Below are positions 25,191 to 37,472 of a stretch of DNA of 64,000 nt, one piece after another. A program made the translations under genes and the position numbers. Position 1 is the first letter of the stretch. Every line of letters begins with the position of its first letter. The notes beneath the pieces are model-generated. The model was not told the origin of the DNA and ran no database searches. It was given only the letters and a program-made list of their open reading frames with translations. This stretch comes from Squalus acanthias (lineage: Eukaryota), in the NCBI GenBank assembly GCA_030390025.1, contig CM059432.1:127474001-127538000 (forward strand), given 5' to 3'.

Positions 25191-27075
25191 CTATCTACAA
25201 GTGCTCTCGCCTACTCTGGTGCTTCTACGAAGTGCAACCCCGGTGGAAGCAGCTGGCGAGGTGGATGGCTGCTGAGAATCTGAAGAGGGCAGTTCAGATG
25301 TCCTCCTGCGACGCCCTCGAGGGGCTGTGGGCCGTGATGGCCCAGCCTCAGCCTGCACCATCTCAGCCTTAGACTGCACCATCTCAGCATGGGCTTCAGC
25401 AGTCAGGGCCGCCTGGCTGACAGGCAACGGCAAGGGCAATGGTGCAGTGGCGGGGGAGGGAGCAGCAATGCTGCCATCCGGAGAGAGGCCAGTAGGTTCC
25501 TGCTCCATGATTCCCACGCCACTACCTCAGGACCTCTGCTCAGCCAGCCCAGTGATCTGCTGTAGGACAGATCTCTGGGCAGCTGAGACAGTCTGCAAGC
25601 CCCTTTCAACCGAGGAGCCCAGAGCCACCATGGCAGCTGCCTGAGCTTCCATTACAGCAGTTTGCCGCTCCATGCAGGCTGCAATGACTGCAGTGGAAGC
25701 TGCGACTTCAGTCATCAGAGGCTGCAAGACGTCGGGCTCCACCGGTCGCTGGCTGGAAGTCAAAAGCCTCACCACACTGGAGAGGATGGGTTCCAGGCTC
25801 TGCATCCAAGCATGGACCAAGGTGGAAACGGACTCCTCCATCCCCCTAGCCATAACCTGTAGGCTTTCAGGCAGGTTGTCCATTGCACCAAGCATTTGGT
25901 TGGTCGCACCCATCATCCTTCTTCTGAAGCTTGGCCCTGTGGGGTCCTCATCTGACTCCTCTGCAGCAGAACTAGTATGTGACCTTGCCCCCCTGGAAAG
26001 GTGACACCTGTGGTGTCCCTTCCACCTGGCATGGCTACTGTCTGCTAGTGCCCGGTGCATACCACTGTGAAGATCCCTCTTCTAAGCTAGCCTCTAACTT
26101 GCGTGTGGTGCTGGTCTCTGAGCTGGTGCCTGCGACAGTGGTAGCCATTGACTCAATGCATTCATCCTCGGTCTCGTCCTCCTCCCCATCTTCCTCCACT
26201 TCCTCCAGGGGGCGAGGTGGCTGGTGCTCTTGCTGAACCTGCCCCATGGGGCGAGGTGTATCTTGCTCCTGGGAACCTGCAATGATAAAGCTGGAAGGGT
26301 TAGGGAGCATCGCATGTGGCCACTATAGGAGGATGTGTGTGATGAGACCATATGGAGCTTGTGAGTGAGGATAGCTTTGGGTGATTAGGGATCAGCAATA
26401 GTTCAGCATCTGCAAGGAAGCTGTACTGGCTACATTACTCTATGTGGGATGTCCCCTGCTCTGCCTCTGGCCACAGGGTCTGCTACTCCCTTCCCGATCA
26501 CTGCCAGCACAGCCTCCTCAAAGGAATGACATCATGAATTCGTGCTTCCCTTCGCCCGGTCAGGTCCTGCTGCTGCCTGTTATGTGCTAATTTTTCCTGG
26601 ATGAGAAAGAGTGGTGATTGTTAATGAGTGTATTGGCAGGGGTATTTGTGTGTGTGATGCCTTACACAGTTGAATAGCTGTGAGATGTGTCTGAGGTGTG
26701 AGTAGTGCCTGTGAAAGACACAATAGTGTGTGAACATCAGTGTATAGTTAGATGATGGATGCAGTGTGTTGAGGTTGTGATGCTGGTGGTGGTGGTGCAG
26801 TTATTGAGAAGTGTGTTTGTGAGATGGGATCTTACCTTGACCGCTCGTGTCAAGTCATTACATTTCTTGTGGCACTGGAGCCATGTCCTGGGGCCAGGGC
26901 TCCTGGCTGCGACCGCCCAGGCGATCTCTTCCTACATGTGCCGCATCAGCTGCCTCTGTGGCCTCCTTCTCCCCTGCGGGTTGAGGACATCCCTCCTCCT
27001 CTCTACCTCCTCCACCAGGACCTCCAGTGCCACATCGGAGAACCTGGCCACCCTCTGTCTTGCTCCTAGCGACAT
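25191..27075 (-). pseudogene. Harbinger ORF2 Myb/SANT-like DNA-binding protein, 3 exons (27075-26836, 26596-26439, 26276-~25191)
   Basis: MSLGARQRVARFSDVALEVLVEEVERRRDVL...(stop)EEIA-AV...RTWLQCHKKCNDL then gtaag; exon 2 EKLAHNR...TG; acidic exon 3. Confidence 0.8.
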
Positions 27076-28208
27076 CCCTCCACTCCTTCAGCGGAAGTGG
27101 GTGAGTGCAGGCTACATATACAGCTCCACGAAAATTACATCTAATCAGCATTTGAGAGCTAAACCTATAGGTTTCTGGTTAATACCTGCAGGCACGTTCA
27201 AATCATAGTCATCGTCAATTAGCCCGAAAATTGCAAGCTAAATCCGGAATTTCAAACCGACGTTTCTTATTAGCACTCCACCCATTTAGTGCCTGTTTTC
27301 ATCCTTTGGCCAAAATAATCCCCATTATCTGATTGGAGTTGCTGGCTTGCCAGCTGGAACCTGGGGATGAGCATTTGTTTGGAAACCGCCGTCCAAAATG
27401 TTGGCCAAATGTCAATATACGGCAGTAATTCATATTCATTAGCAGAGGTGAAACTGATTGTACACAACATGGGTAGAATCAGCATTATATTGATTTAACT
27501 TACTCTTGTAATAAGAACTTCACACCAACTGTATGTCACATAGTGACATAAATTTGGCACAAAACCTATAATACAGAGCAGCTGAATTCCACTTGAGTCA
27601 TCTGTTCTGTTTCCAAGACCTACTGAATTATGGCTCAGTCCGGGATTAGAACCGACAAAGCCCCCAGATTCCAATGTGGCTCATGAAGTGCATGGCGATC
27701 ACTCGTGCCTGATTCCGGCACCGCCCTCAAATTGGTAGATTTCTGCTGGTTAAGTAGATTCAATGGGGGTGGATCTCCGCCAGGGTTCTCCCGCTCATCC
27801 GCTGTTTACCTTGTATTTTTTTCCGGGATTTACGTGGCTCCTTCACCGAAGTTATTGCGAACAAGGCAGGAGAATCCTCGGGGAATTTCAGCCCCGCAGC
27901 ATGTTCGCAGCTGGAGTGTTGCCGCTTCCTCCAAAACATGGAGTGGAAATGCACGGCGTAAGATGCAGATCGGTGCAGAAGTGGAGTGGGACTCCGTATT
28001 TTAGAGGAAAACCATAGCACCTGCTGACGCCAAGTGGAAGCAGGTCAATGTAGGGACCATTCAGCAAATGAGCTTCAATTCGGGTCACCTGAGATTTAGA
28101 GTTCTGTTTGGGATACATCACACTTACAAAATTTGGGGTAGAAATTGGCCATCGTTGCACCTGTTTTCCAGATGAAAAATGGGGGACAAAAATAAAAGAA
28201 AGAAAAGA

Positions 28209-28495
28209 AAGTCCAAAAATGTGCGGGTTAGGTTGATTTGGCTATGATAAATTGACCCTTAGTGTTAGGGGGGGATTAAATATGTGGGGTTATGGGGATA
28301 GGATGGGATATGTTAGGGGGAATTAAATATGTGGGGTTACGGGGGTAGGGTGGGATATGTGTACTGTGGGGATTAAAAAAGCAGGGACAGGGTACTGGAT
28401 TTGGATGATCAGCCATGATCGTATTGAATGGTGGAGCAGGCTCGACAGGCCGAATGGCCTACTCCTGCTCCTAGATTCTATGTTTCTATGTTTCT
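28209..28495 (+). mobile_element. HE1-type V-SINE, 5' truncated
   Basis: V-domain tccaaaaatgtgcgggttaggttgatttggctatgataaattgaccc plus HER1-derived tail. Confidence 0.75.
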
Positions 28496-28602
28496 AAAGA
28501 CTTGCATTTATATAGCGCCTTTCACGACCACCGGACGTCTCAAAGCGCTTTACGGCCAATTGCGCATTTTTGAAGTGTAGTCACTGTTGTAATGTGGGAA
28601 AA
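28496..28602 (-). mobile_element. DeuSINE/L2-type 3' tail
   Basis: aaagacttgcatttatatagcgcctttcacgacc...gtagtcactgttgtaatgt. Confidence 0.75.
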
Positions 28603-29298
28603 TGATCAATTTTGTAAGGCTATGCCCTGCACCCCAAGGATGCCTGAGAAATGTCCAATGCCATATTGGCCTCAGGTGATTTTCAGGCATCTGGGATGGC
28701 TGGCTAAAACAGGCATATATTAATGAGAGGGCCAACAAATTTTTACCCCTTTATGCACTGAGGCTGACTCACAAAATCATGCTCTTTACGGTGCAGTTCA
28801 CAGCTTGAAGATACCCTCACCAAGTATGAATTTGCTGTGTATTTTTTTTCTTAACAATTAAGTTGTTTTATTAATCATTTTACGATTTTCAACATATCCC
28901 CAACCAGGCAGTCCTTTTGCTGAAATATCTGATTAGTTCTCGCATTCTGCCACTATCTTTGATTTTACTGAGCAATCCAAAACCAGCTCTCCTTCTGAAT
29001 TCACAGATGTCACCATGGTAGCAGCTTTTGTTCCAAGAAGTACAAAGGAGATCTAAAAAAAGAGAATCAGAGGAGCAAAAAAAAATATAAGAATAGATTA
29101 GTGGCTAACCTAAAAGGGAACCCAAAAGTCTTTTATAAACTTATAAATAGTAATAGGGTAGAGAAAGGATGGGTGGGGCTGATTAGGGAGGAGATCTTCT
29201 TGTATGGCTGAGGTACTAAATGAATACTTCACATCTGTCTTCACTAGAGAAGAGGATGCTGCCAATGTAGCAGTAAAGGTGGAGATAGTAGTGATATT

Positions 29299-30950
29299 AT
29301 CTGGAAGGAGGAGAGCATGCCAGGAGATCTCAGAGACGCCGTAATTGTGACCATCTTCAAGAAAGGTGACAAGTCCGATTGCGGTAATTACAGAGGAGTT
29401 TCCCTGCTGTCTGCCACAGGGAAAGTCATCGCAAGAATCCTCCTCAATCGCCTTCTCCCAGTGGCTGAAGAGCTCCTCCCAGAGTCGCAGTGCGGATTCC
29501 GCCCACTTAGGGGCACAATGGACATGATCTTCACCGCGCGCCAATTACAAGAGAAATACAGGGAACAGCACCAACCACTGTACATGGCCTTCTTTGACCT
29601 CACAAAGGCCTTTGACACTGTCAACCGTGAGGGATTATGGAGTGTCCTCCTCAAATTCGGCTGCCCTCAAAAGTTTGTCACCATCCTCCGCCTGCTTCAC
29701 GACGACATGCAAGCCGTGATCCTGACCAACGGTTCCACCACAGACCCAATTCATGTACGGACCGGGGTCAAGCAAGGCTGTGTCTTCGCACCAACGCTCT
29801 TCTCGATCTTCCTTGCTGCAATGCTCCATCTCACCCTCAGTAAGCTCCCTGCTGGAGTGGAGCTAATTTACAGAACAAACGGGAAACTGTTCAACCTCTG
29901 TCGCCTCCAGTCCAGATCCAAGGTCGTCCCTTCCTCTGTCGTCGAATTACAGTATGCAGACGACGCTTGCGTCTGCGCATACTCGGAGGTCGAACTCCAA
30001 ACCATTGTTAACACCTTCACCGAAGCGTACGAGAGCATGGGCCTTACACTAAACATCCGTAAGACAAAGGTCCTCTACCAACCTGCCCCCGCCACACAGT
30101 ACTGCCCCCCGATTATCTACCATGACAAGGCCTTGGACAACATGGACCACTTTCCGTACCTCGGGAGCCTACTGTCAACAAGGGCAGACGTCGATGACGA
30201 AGTTCAACACCGCCTTCAGTGTGCCAGTGCAGCCTTCGGTCGCCTGAGGAAGAGAGTGTTTGAAGACCAGGACCTCAAACCCGACACCAAGCTCATGGTC
30301 TACAGAGCAGTAGTAATACCCGCCCTCCTGTATGCCTCAGAGACATGGACCATGTACAGCAGGCACCTCAAAGCACTGGAGAGGTACCACCAACGCTGCC
30401 TCCGCAAGATACTGCAAATCCATTGGCAGGATAGGCGCACCAACGTCAGTGGTCTCGCTCAGGCCAACATCCCCAGCATCGAAGCTCTGACCACACTCGA
30501 TCAGCTCCGATGGACGGGCCACATTGTTCGCATGCCCGATACAAGACTCCCAAAACAAGTGCTCTACTCGGAGCTCCGACACAGCAAGAGAGCCCCAGGT
30601 GGGCAGAGGAAACGCTTCAAGGACACCCTCAAAGCCTCCTTGAATAAGTGCAACATCCCCACCGACACCTGGGAATCCCTGGCCCAAGACCGTACAAAGT
30701 GGAGGAGAAGCATCTGGGAAGGCGCCGAATACCTCGAGTCTCTTCGCCGGGAGCAAGCGGAAGCCAAGCGCAAACAGCGGAAGGAGCGCACATCAACCCA
30801 AGCACCCCACCCACCCGCCCCTTCAATCATCGTCTGCCTCACCTGTGACAGAGACTGTAGGTCCCGCATTGGACTCATCAGTCACCTGAGAACTCATTTT
30901 TAATGTGGAAGCAAGTCATCTTCAGTTCCGAGGGACTGCCTAAGAAGAAG
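29299..30950 (+). mobile_element. 5'-truncated RTE-clade LINE, (AAG)n tail, 12-bp TSD
   Basis: TSD agtagtgatatt at 29287-29298 and 30951-30962. Confidence 0.93.
29317..30903 (+). CDS. RTE reverse transcriptase, uninterrupted 528-aa ORF with C-terminal C2H2-like finger
   Basis: NYRGVSLL, FFDLTKAFD, GVKQGC, YADD, CLTC...HLRTH. Confidence 0.92.
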   Translation: MPGDLRDAVIVTIFKKGDKSDCGNYRGVSLLSATGKVIARILLNRLLPVAEELLPESQCGFRPLRGTMDMIFTARQLQEKYREQHQPLYMAFFDLTKAFDTVNREGLWSVLLKFGCPQKFVTILRLLHDDMQAVILTNGSTTDPIHVRTGVKQGCVFAPTLFSIFLAAMLHLTLSKLPAGVELIYRTNGKLFNLCRLQSRSKVVPSSVVELQYADDACVCAYSEVELQTIVNTFTEAYESMGLTLNIRKTKVLYQPAPATQYCPPIIYHDKALDNMDHFPYLGSLLSTRADVDDEVQHRLQCASAAFGRLRKRVFEDQDLKPDTKLMVYRAVVIPALLYASETWTMYSRHLKALERYHQRCLRKILQIHWQDRRTNVSGLAQANIPSIEALTTLDQLRWTGHIVRMPDTRLPKQVLYSELRHSKRAPGGQRKRFKDTLKASLNKCNIPTDTWESLAQDRTKWRRSIWEGAEYLESLRREQAEAKRKQRKERTSTQAPHPPAPSIIVCLTCDRDCRSRIGLISHLRTHF

Positions 30951-33010
30951 AGTAGTGATATTGGATAGGATAAAAATAGATAAAGAGGACGTAGTTAAAA
31001 GGTTGTCAGTCCTCAAAGTAGAATAGTCACCCAGGCCGGAATGGGATGCATTCTAGGTTACGAGGGAAGTAAGCATGGAAATTGTGGAGGCTCTGGCCAC
31101 AACCTTCCAATCCTCCTTAGATATGGGGGTGGTGCTAGAGGACTGGAGGATTACAAATATTACACCCCTGTTCAAAATAGGGGAGGGGGATAAACCCGGT
31201 AACTACAGGCCAGTCAGCCGAACGTCAGCAACTTTTAGAGACAATAATCTGGGACAAAATTTATCGTCGCTTGGAAAAGTATGAGTTAATAAATGAGAGT
31301 CAGCATCAATTTATTATATTAAAAAAAAATCATGTTTGACTAACCTGATTGAGTTCTTTGATGAAGTAAAGGAGGGGGTTGATGAGGGTAGTGCGGTTGA
31401 TGTTGTATACATGGACCTTCAAAAGGCGTTTGATAAAATATCACATAATAGATTTGTTAGCCAAATTAAAGCCCATGGAATTAAAGGGAGAGTGGCAGCA
31501 TGAATGCAAAATTGGCTAAGGGGGAGAAAGCAGAGAGTAGCGGTGAACAGTTGTTTTTCAGACTGGAGGGAAGTATACAGTGGTGTCCCCCAGGGGTCGG
31601 TGTTGGGACCACTGCTCTTTTTGATATATATTAATGACCTGGACTTGGGTATACAGGGCATAATTTCAAAGTTTGCAGATGACGCAAAACTCAGAAATGC
31701 AGTAAACAGTGAGGAGGATAGTAATAGACTTCAAGAGGACATAGATGGACTGGTAAAATGGGCAGACACATGGCAGATGAAATTTAACGTAAAGAAGTGT
31801 GAAGTGATACATTTTGGTAGGAAGAATGAGGAGAGGCAATATAAACTAAATGGTACAATTTTAAAGGAGGTGCAGGAACAGAGAGACCTGGAGGTGTACA
31901 TACACAAATCTTTGAAGATGGCAGGACAAGTTGAGAAGGCTGTTAAAAAGGCAGATGGGATCCTTGGCTTTATTAATAGAAGCAAGAGTACAAAAGCAAG
32001 GAAGTTATGCTAAACCTTTATAAAATACTGGTTCGGCCTCAGCTGAAGTATTGTGGCCAAGTCTTGGCACTGCACTTTAGGAAGGATGTCAAGGCCTTAG
32101 AGAGGGTGCAGAGGAGATTTACTGGAATGGTACCTGGGATGAAAGACTTCAGTTACGTGGATAGACTGGAGAATCTGAGGTTGTTCTCCTTAGAGCAGAG
32201 AAGGTTGAGAGGAGATTTGATAGAGGTGTTCAAAATCTTGAAGGGTTTTAATAAGGAGAAACTGTTTCCAGTGGCAGAAGGGGTGGTAACCAGAGGACAC
32301 AGATGGAAGGTAATTGGCAAAAGAACCAGATGCGACATGAGGAAACATTTTTTTACACAGCGAGTTGTTATGATTTGGAATGCACTGCCTGAAAGGGTGG
32401 TGGAAGCAGATTCAATAATAACTTTCAAAAGGGAATTGGATAAATACTTGAAAAGGAAAAATTTGCAGGGCTATGAGGAAAGGGCAGGGGAGTGGGACTA
32501 ATTGGATAGCTCTTTCAAAGAGCCGGCACAGACACGATGGGCTGAATGTTCCCTTTCTGTGCTGTATCATTCTATCATTCTATGAAGTCCTGTACCTTAT
32601 GGTCACCCTCTTCGATCTACAGCTATTCCAGAGCAGCAAGCCTAAGGTTGCTAATCCCACACACACATGTTAATGTTTTGTGTGTGATTGTTAAAATAAT
32701 TGAATTTAGGGACAAGAATAACCATGTGTAGTGACATTTCACGAGATTTACTGACTGGAAAAAGTCTTCATGTTTGAATCTACGATGTCACTACATATAA
32801 CAACCAGAGAGAGCCTACCCTTCCGCCTCCCCTGCCACCCCCCCCTCAGTACAGGATAAGAACATAAGAATTTATATATATAAAATAATAAAAATGGATG
32901 CTGCAGTACAAACATTATAACATTGCTTCTGTGTTCCTTAAATAATCTTTTTTCCAGCATTCCATTTTCATATCGGTTTCCTTTTAACTGACCTAAATTT
33001 CTTTATTTGG

Positions 33011-33073
33011 GATTTTATTTATGAGTTTTTTGAAGCCCCGGATATAAATATGGATAAAATCCTCCAGATTTCA
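33011..33073 (+). pseudogene. Ferlin exon, C2B (DFIYEFFEAPDINMDKILQIS); acceptor reads GG
   Basis: 63 nt as expected for this ferlin exon, gtaagt donor; upstream ctttatttGG instead of AG. Confidence 0.8.
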
Positions 33074-33189
33074 GTAAGTCCCTAGCACAGTGCCTTGATT
33101 AAGATCTATTAATATATTACAGCATTTTCTTTTAACTGTGCTTTTATTTCCATCCGTGCATGATGCTTCTCCTCCGTTGTATCACATAG

Positions 33190-33274
33190 GTATTCAGTAC
33201 CAACAAAATCCCTTTTAAGAAAACTCTGATAGGAATATTCAAGATAGATGTGGCAACTATTTACAATCAGCCAG
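33190..33274 (+). pseudogene. Ferlin exon, C2B (VFSTNKIPFKKTLIGIFKIDVATIYNQP)
   Basis: catag acceptor, gtaagt donor, 85 nt; matches G-FK-DV-T-Y-QP. Confidence 0.9.
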
Positions 33275-33584
33275 GTAAGTGTATGTCGTCTGAGCTGCCA
33301 TGAACGTCAGATCCTGTAAATAATAAGGCTTGTTTCCTGCGTTGTGTCATTATAATTTTATGTGATATGGTGAATGCCTGAATCATTTTAATGAGGTCCC
33401 AGTATCAATTTCACATGTGATCAGGCGGGTACAGCTCCCTGCGGCCTGTTTTCGAGTGCAATCGAATTACTGGGCCACTGCGTTATCGAAGGTTATGTTA
33501 TCTCTAAGGTACAGATTTAATACCGACAAATTAGCCTCAAACCATGCAGGAAATTTATTTAAGTTACACCTTTATTCTTGCTTT

Positions 33585-34070
33585 GGCTACCTCCAGACTC
33601 AACTATCCCAATGCTCTCTTGGCCGGCCTCCACCTTTTACCCTTCATAAACTTGAGCTCATCCAAAACTCTGCTGCTCAAATCCTAACTTGCACCAAATC
33701 CCACTCTCATACCCCTGTGCTCACTGACCTACATTGGCTCCCAGTCCGGCAATGCCTCAAATTTAAAATTCTCGTCCTTGTGTTCAAATCCCTCCAGAGC
33801 CTCGCCCCCCTCCCTATCTCTGTAACCTCCTCCAGCCCTTCAACCCTCCAAGTACTCGGGGTTCCTCCAACTCTGACCTCTTTTGCATCCCCCACCCTCT
33901 TCGCCCCACAATTGGTGGAAGGTCTTCAACTATCTAGGCCCTAAGCTTTGGAATTCCCTCCCTAAACCTCGCGACCTCTTTCTCCTCCTTTAAGACGCTC
34001 CTTAAAACCTACCTCTTTGGCCAAGCTTTTAGTCACCCCTCCTAATAGCTCCTTCTTTGTGTCAATTTTT
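33585..34070 (+). mobile_element. L2 3' fragment
   Basis: KLELIQNSAAQIL...LTDLHWLPV...KFKILVLVFKSL. Confidence 0.85.
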
Positions 34071-34081
34071 AAGAACATATT

Positions 34082-34822
34082 GGCCCAGAAATTGATCTCG
34101 CTCTGTTCCCGCGGGGGTAAGGCTTCCCCGCGATCTCTCACTCCGCGTGTGCTTTTTCAGATCCAGCTCGCACGAACTTGATGTTCCAGACATCAGCTGG
34201 GCAGTGCTTGCGTATCCCACCGGCGTAGTGAATTCGTGCGAGCTGTGGGATCACGTGACTCAGTTAGAGCCAATGGCAGCACACCATCTTCCATTCATAA
34301 GTTTCACATACGTGCTGTGAAATCTATGAATCTTACACCCCCCAAAATAACAGCTAAACCTCAATTAAATTTAAAAAAAACCATCACATTAATAAAATAA
34401 GTATAGTTAAATAAATTAACCATTTTAAATAAAAAATTAAATTTTTGAAAAAATTTAAAATCTTTTAAAAAGTTATAAAAATAAACTTACCTGTCTTTAA
34501 AGTCTCTAAAAAAGATATACCTGTTAAAAAAAATTCAAAAAAATACTTAATTCACTACTTACCTTGTTAAAAGTGGGTCTTACTCCTCCTTTTTCCATTT
34601 CTAAAATCTTCCGTACTTACCTGCGCGTCCAAAGCATGAAGTGCACAGCGTGCGCGCAGCCTGTAGCGCGCACGCGATGCACCGAGGAACCGCCCCCTTT
34701 TCAAAAGACCAATTGCCGGTTTTCAGCGCATGCGCAGGGCATGCAGAAAACCGGCAATTGGAGAGAGAATACGCGAGAGTACGCAGTGCGTACTCTCGCG
34801 TCGCGGGATGAATTTTTGGCCC
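34082..34822. mobile_element. Harbinger-type MITE inserted into an inverted HER1/HE1 tail
   Basis: ggcccagaaatt / aatttttggccc; flanks rejoin as aagaacata...aaataggagcagg. Confidence 0.8.
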
Positions 34823-35596
34823 AATAAATAGGAGCAGGAGTAGCCCATTCGGCCACTCGAGCCTGCTCCGCCATTCAAGAAGATCATGGCTGATGTTCCA
34901 CATCAACTCCACCTTCCTGCACTATCCCCATATCCCTTGAATCCCTTAATGCCCAAAAATCTATGGATTTTTCAGTTTTCAGTTTTATCTCAGTTTTGAA
35001 CATACTCAACAGCTCTCTCGCCCTGATGCATGGGTTGCACCTGGCCCTGGTAACCCTGTTTACCTATGTGTCCACCAAAATATTTTTTTTAGAATATGTT
35101 GTCCCCCCATGATAGTTCGTCCGCTAAGCTCTCCGCTTTCGATGGTTAGTGTTCATTCCCTCCTGCCCTGAAAATTATTTGTGTCCCTTGCAAATTTGAT
35201 CACCGAGACATCAGTTAGGCATGAAGTACCTGAGCTGTGAATATTCTCAGTTTAGAGCCACACAAAGTTAGTATGCAATGCAGCTTTAGGTGAATTGAAA
35301 ATATATCTGACCTTCCCCCATGCTGTCTGCTGCCCCCTTCAACCTGCTGGTCATGGTTTCCATGCCAATCCATGTACTTTCTACCTGCTGAGCATCACTT
35401 CTCCACCCCACCCTCGCATGAACATGACTCTCCCCCACCCAGCGCTCTTCCTTACCCACCCCTCATGTTTCTGAGTAAATTTTCCTGGCCTCCACCCATT
35501 GAAGCAATCCCTCCCCCACATACTGAAAATATTTTCAGCTTTCCCCTTGAGATATTTTTCCAGCTTGCCCCTGCCTATGCTGAGGTAGTTTCATGA

Positions 35597-35820
35597 TTTC
35601 CCCCGGCTCCCTCCCGTACCCATTCTCCTCCTCTCCCCATTCCCCTCCTTTTCCCTTACTCCCCTTCCCTGGTCCTCCTCCACCTTCTTACCCCCCCACC
35701 TCCTCACCTTATGCACCCTCTCGTGCTCCTCCTCCCCTTCCCCAACCCACTTCTCCCTCTCCCCTTCTATTCTCCTTCCCCCACTTCCTCTTCCCCCTTT
35801 CCCCTCCTCCAACTATCCCG
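35597..35820. repeat. C/T-rich low-complexity tract
   Basis: Pyrimidine-rich simple sequence. Confidence 0.7.
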
Positions 35821-36170
35821 TGCTTCTCTTCAAGCCCGCATGAGATTTTAACTCCATGTGCACACCACGGAAAATGGATTAGTTAAAAATAAAATGCATT
35901 TTCCACCAGCTGACTACGAGCAAAGTGAGAATATAAGGCTATCATCAGCCGTCTGAGTTATTTTGTTCATAAATATTTTTGACTTTCCTGTTGAGCACAA
36001 TCCTATAGTATAATTATTCACACCCCTTCTGTGATTTATGATAGATCCATTCCATCATGTTTTATGGTAGAAGCAGTCAGCTAGACAAATGAATGACATT
36101 GGAAATGTTAACTGAAGATAAGACCTAGAAGCTCATGCAAAGGAAGGTGCTGTGATGAGCAATATATTAT

Positions 36171-36875
36171 GGCCTAGAAATTCGGTTGCTGTGCGCCTCC
36201 CGTTAGCGCCCTAACTAGCGCCTGGGCGCGGCGCCGCCAACACCTCCCGCGAAATTCAGTGGGAGGTTAGCGGCGGCAGTAACCGTTAGCGCCCCGCTGT
36301 GCTGCGCCGCCGGCGATGACGTCATCGCTGTGCGCAGCGCCCCGCTCGCGCCCCGCTCGCGCCCCGGCCGCGATCTTCGGGAGCGCCCCCTGACTTACCG
36401 CCGAACGCTATGTCCGACGGGGTCAGGGGGGCTACCTGCGGCCGGGGCAGCGCAAATTAAAGGGGAGGTGCTGGGTGGCCATTTTTGTTGCTGGCTGCCT
36501 GCCAGCACTTGCCCCCTCTGCCGTCCCCGGCCTCCTGACCAGCCCCCCCGCGGAGTGCCGGCTGCGTTCCATGAGCCCGGCACTTCTCTTGAGTGCCGGG
36601 CTTTTTTGCCGCACTCCGATCCCTGGTGGCCTGGCTGTGCCCCGGGTCGCGCTGCGCTAGGCTCCTCCCCTTTAAGAAGGGGAGGAAGGCCTGCAGTACT
36701 GCGGTGCAACGTGTCGCAATATTCACTCGCAGCACCCCAAGAGGGAGGCAGGGTGCTTCCAGTAGCACCCCGCTTCCCTCGTGGGGCGCTACCGGTGAAT
36801 TTTGGCTGCGGGGGCGCTCATTTTTTCGGGGCACTAGAAGTAGCGCCCCGGCAAAGTTAGCGCCTCAAAGGGGGT
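36171..36875. mobile_element. CpG-rich Harbinger-type MITE, inverted relative of 12813-13558
   Basis: ggcctagaaattcgg...gcctcccgttagcgcc mirrors 13520-13553; right end truncated. Confidence 0.65.
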
Positions 36876-37007
36876 GGGACTCAATGAGTTGTTTGTAACT
36901 TCATTTCTTTTATTCACTTCAGCTAGTTGTGGAAGGGGCAACAATTTCCAACAGCTGGACAGCCACACTAATGTTCCTCTGCCACATAATTTTAGGGAGT
37001 AGTACAT

Positions 37008-37472
37008 GGCTTCCTGGAATGGGGGGATTGTCCTATGAGGACAGATTGAGTAGGCTAGGCCTATATTCTCTAGAGTTTAGAAGAATGAGAGGTGATCTCA
37101 TTGAAACATACAAAATTCTTATCGGGCTTGACAGGGTAGATGCAGGGAGGCTGTTTCCACTGGCTGGGGAGTCTAGAACCAGGGGTCACAGTCTCAGAAT
37201 AAGTGGTCGGCCATTTAGGACTAAGATGAGGAGAAATTTCTTCACTCAGAGGGTGGTGAATCTTTGGAATTCTCTACCCCAGAGGGCTGTGGAGGCTCAG
37301 TCGTTGAGTATATTCAAGACAGAGATCGATAGATTTTTGAATATTAAGGGAATCAAGGGATCTGGGGATAGTGCAGGAAAGTGGAGATGAGGTAGAAGAT
37401 CAACCATGATCTTATTGAATGGCGGAGCAGGCTCAAATGACCTACTCCTGCTCCTAATTCTTATGTTCTTAT
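37008..37472 (+). mobile_element. CR1/HER1 3' fragment with tail
   Basis: LSYEDRLSRLGLYSLEFRRMRGDLIETYK...WNSLP. Confidence 0.9.

Larger units (their letters stand above)
24610..27322. mobile_element. Internally deleted PIF/Harbinger transposon with convergent transposase and Myb-like genes
   Basis: Plus strand 24763-24990 TALPVAVK...ALNFYATGTFQ...GDISHISQSSVH-CIREV (HARBI1-like N-terminus); minus-strand spliced Myb/SANT ORF; outer limits approximate. Confidence 0.8.
28135..28749. mobile_element. Harbinger-type MITE (ggggtagaaatt/aatttttacccc, TSD TTT) hosting SINEs
   Basis: TIRs and TSD visible. Confidence 0.6.
29041..32585 (+). mobile_element. 5'-truncated CR1 LINE, degraded, interrupted by an RTE
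   Basis: KGNPKVFY...LNEYF-SVFT before 29299; RT ORFs 31075-31284, 31504-32013 (QGSVLGP, FADD), 32007-32501; (attctat)n tail. Confidence 0.9.

Noticed and set aside
36330..36898. CpG-island-like region with several ORFs, possible promoter or gene
   Set aside because: It is an inverted relative of the MITE at 12813-13558.
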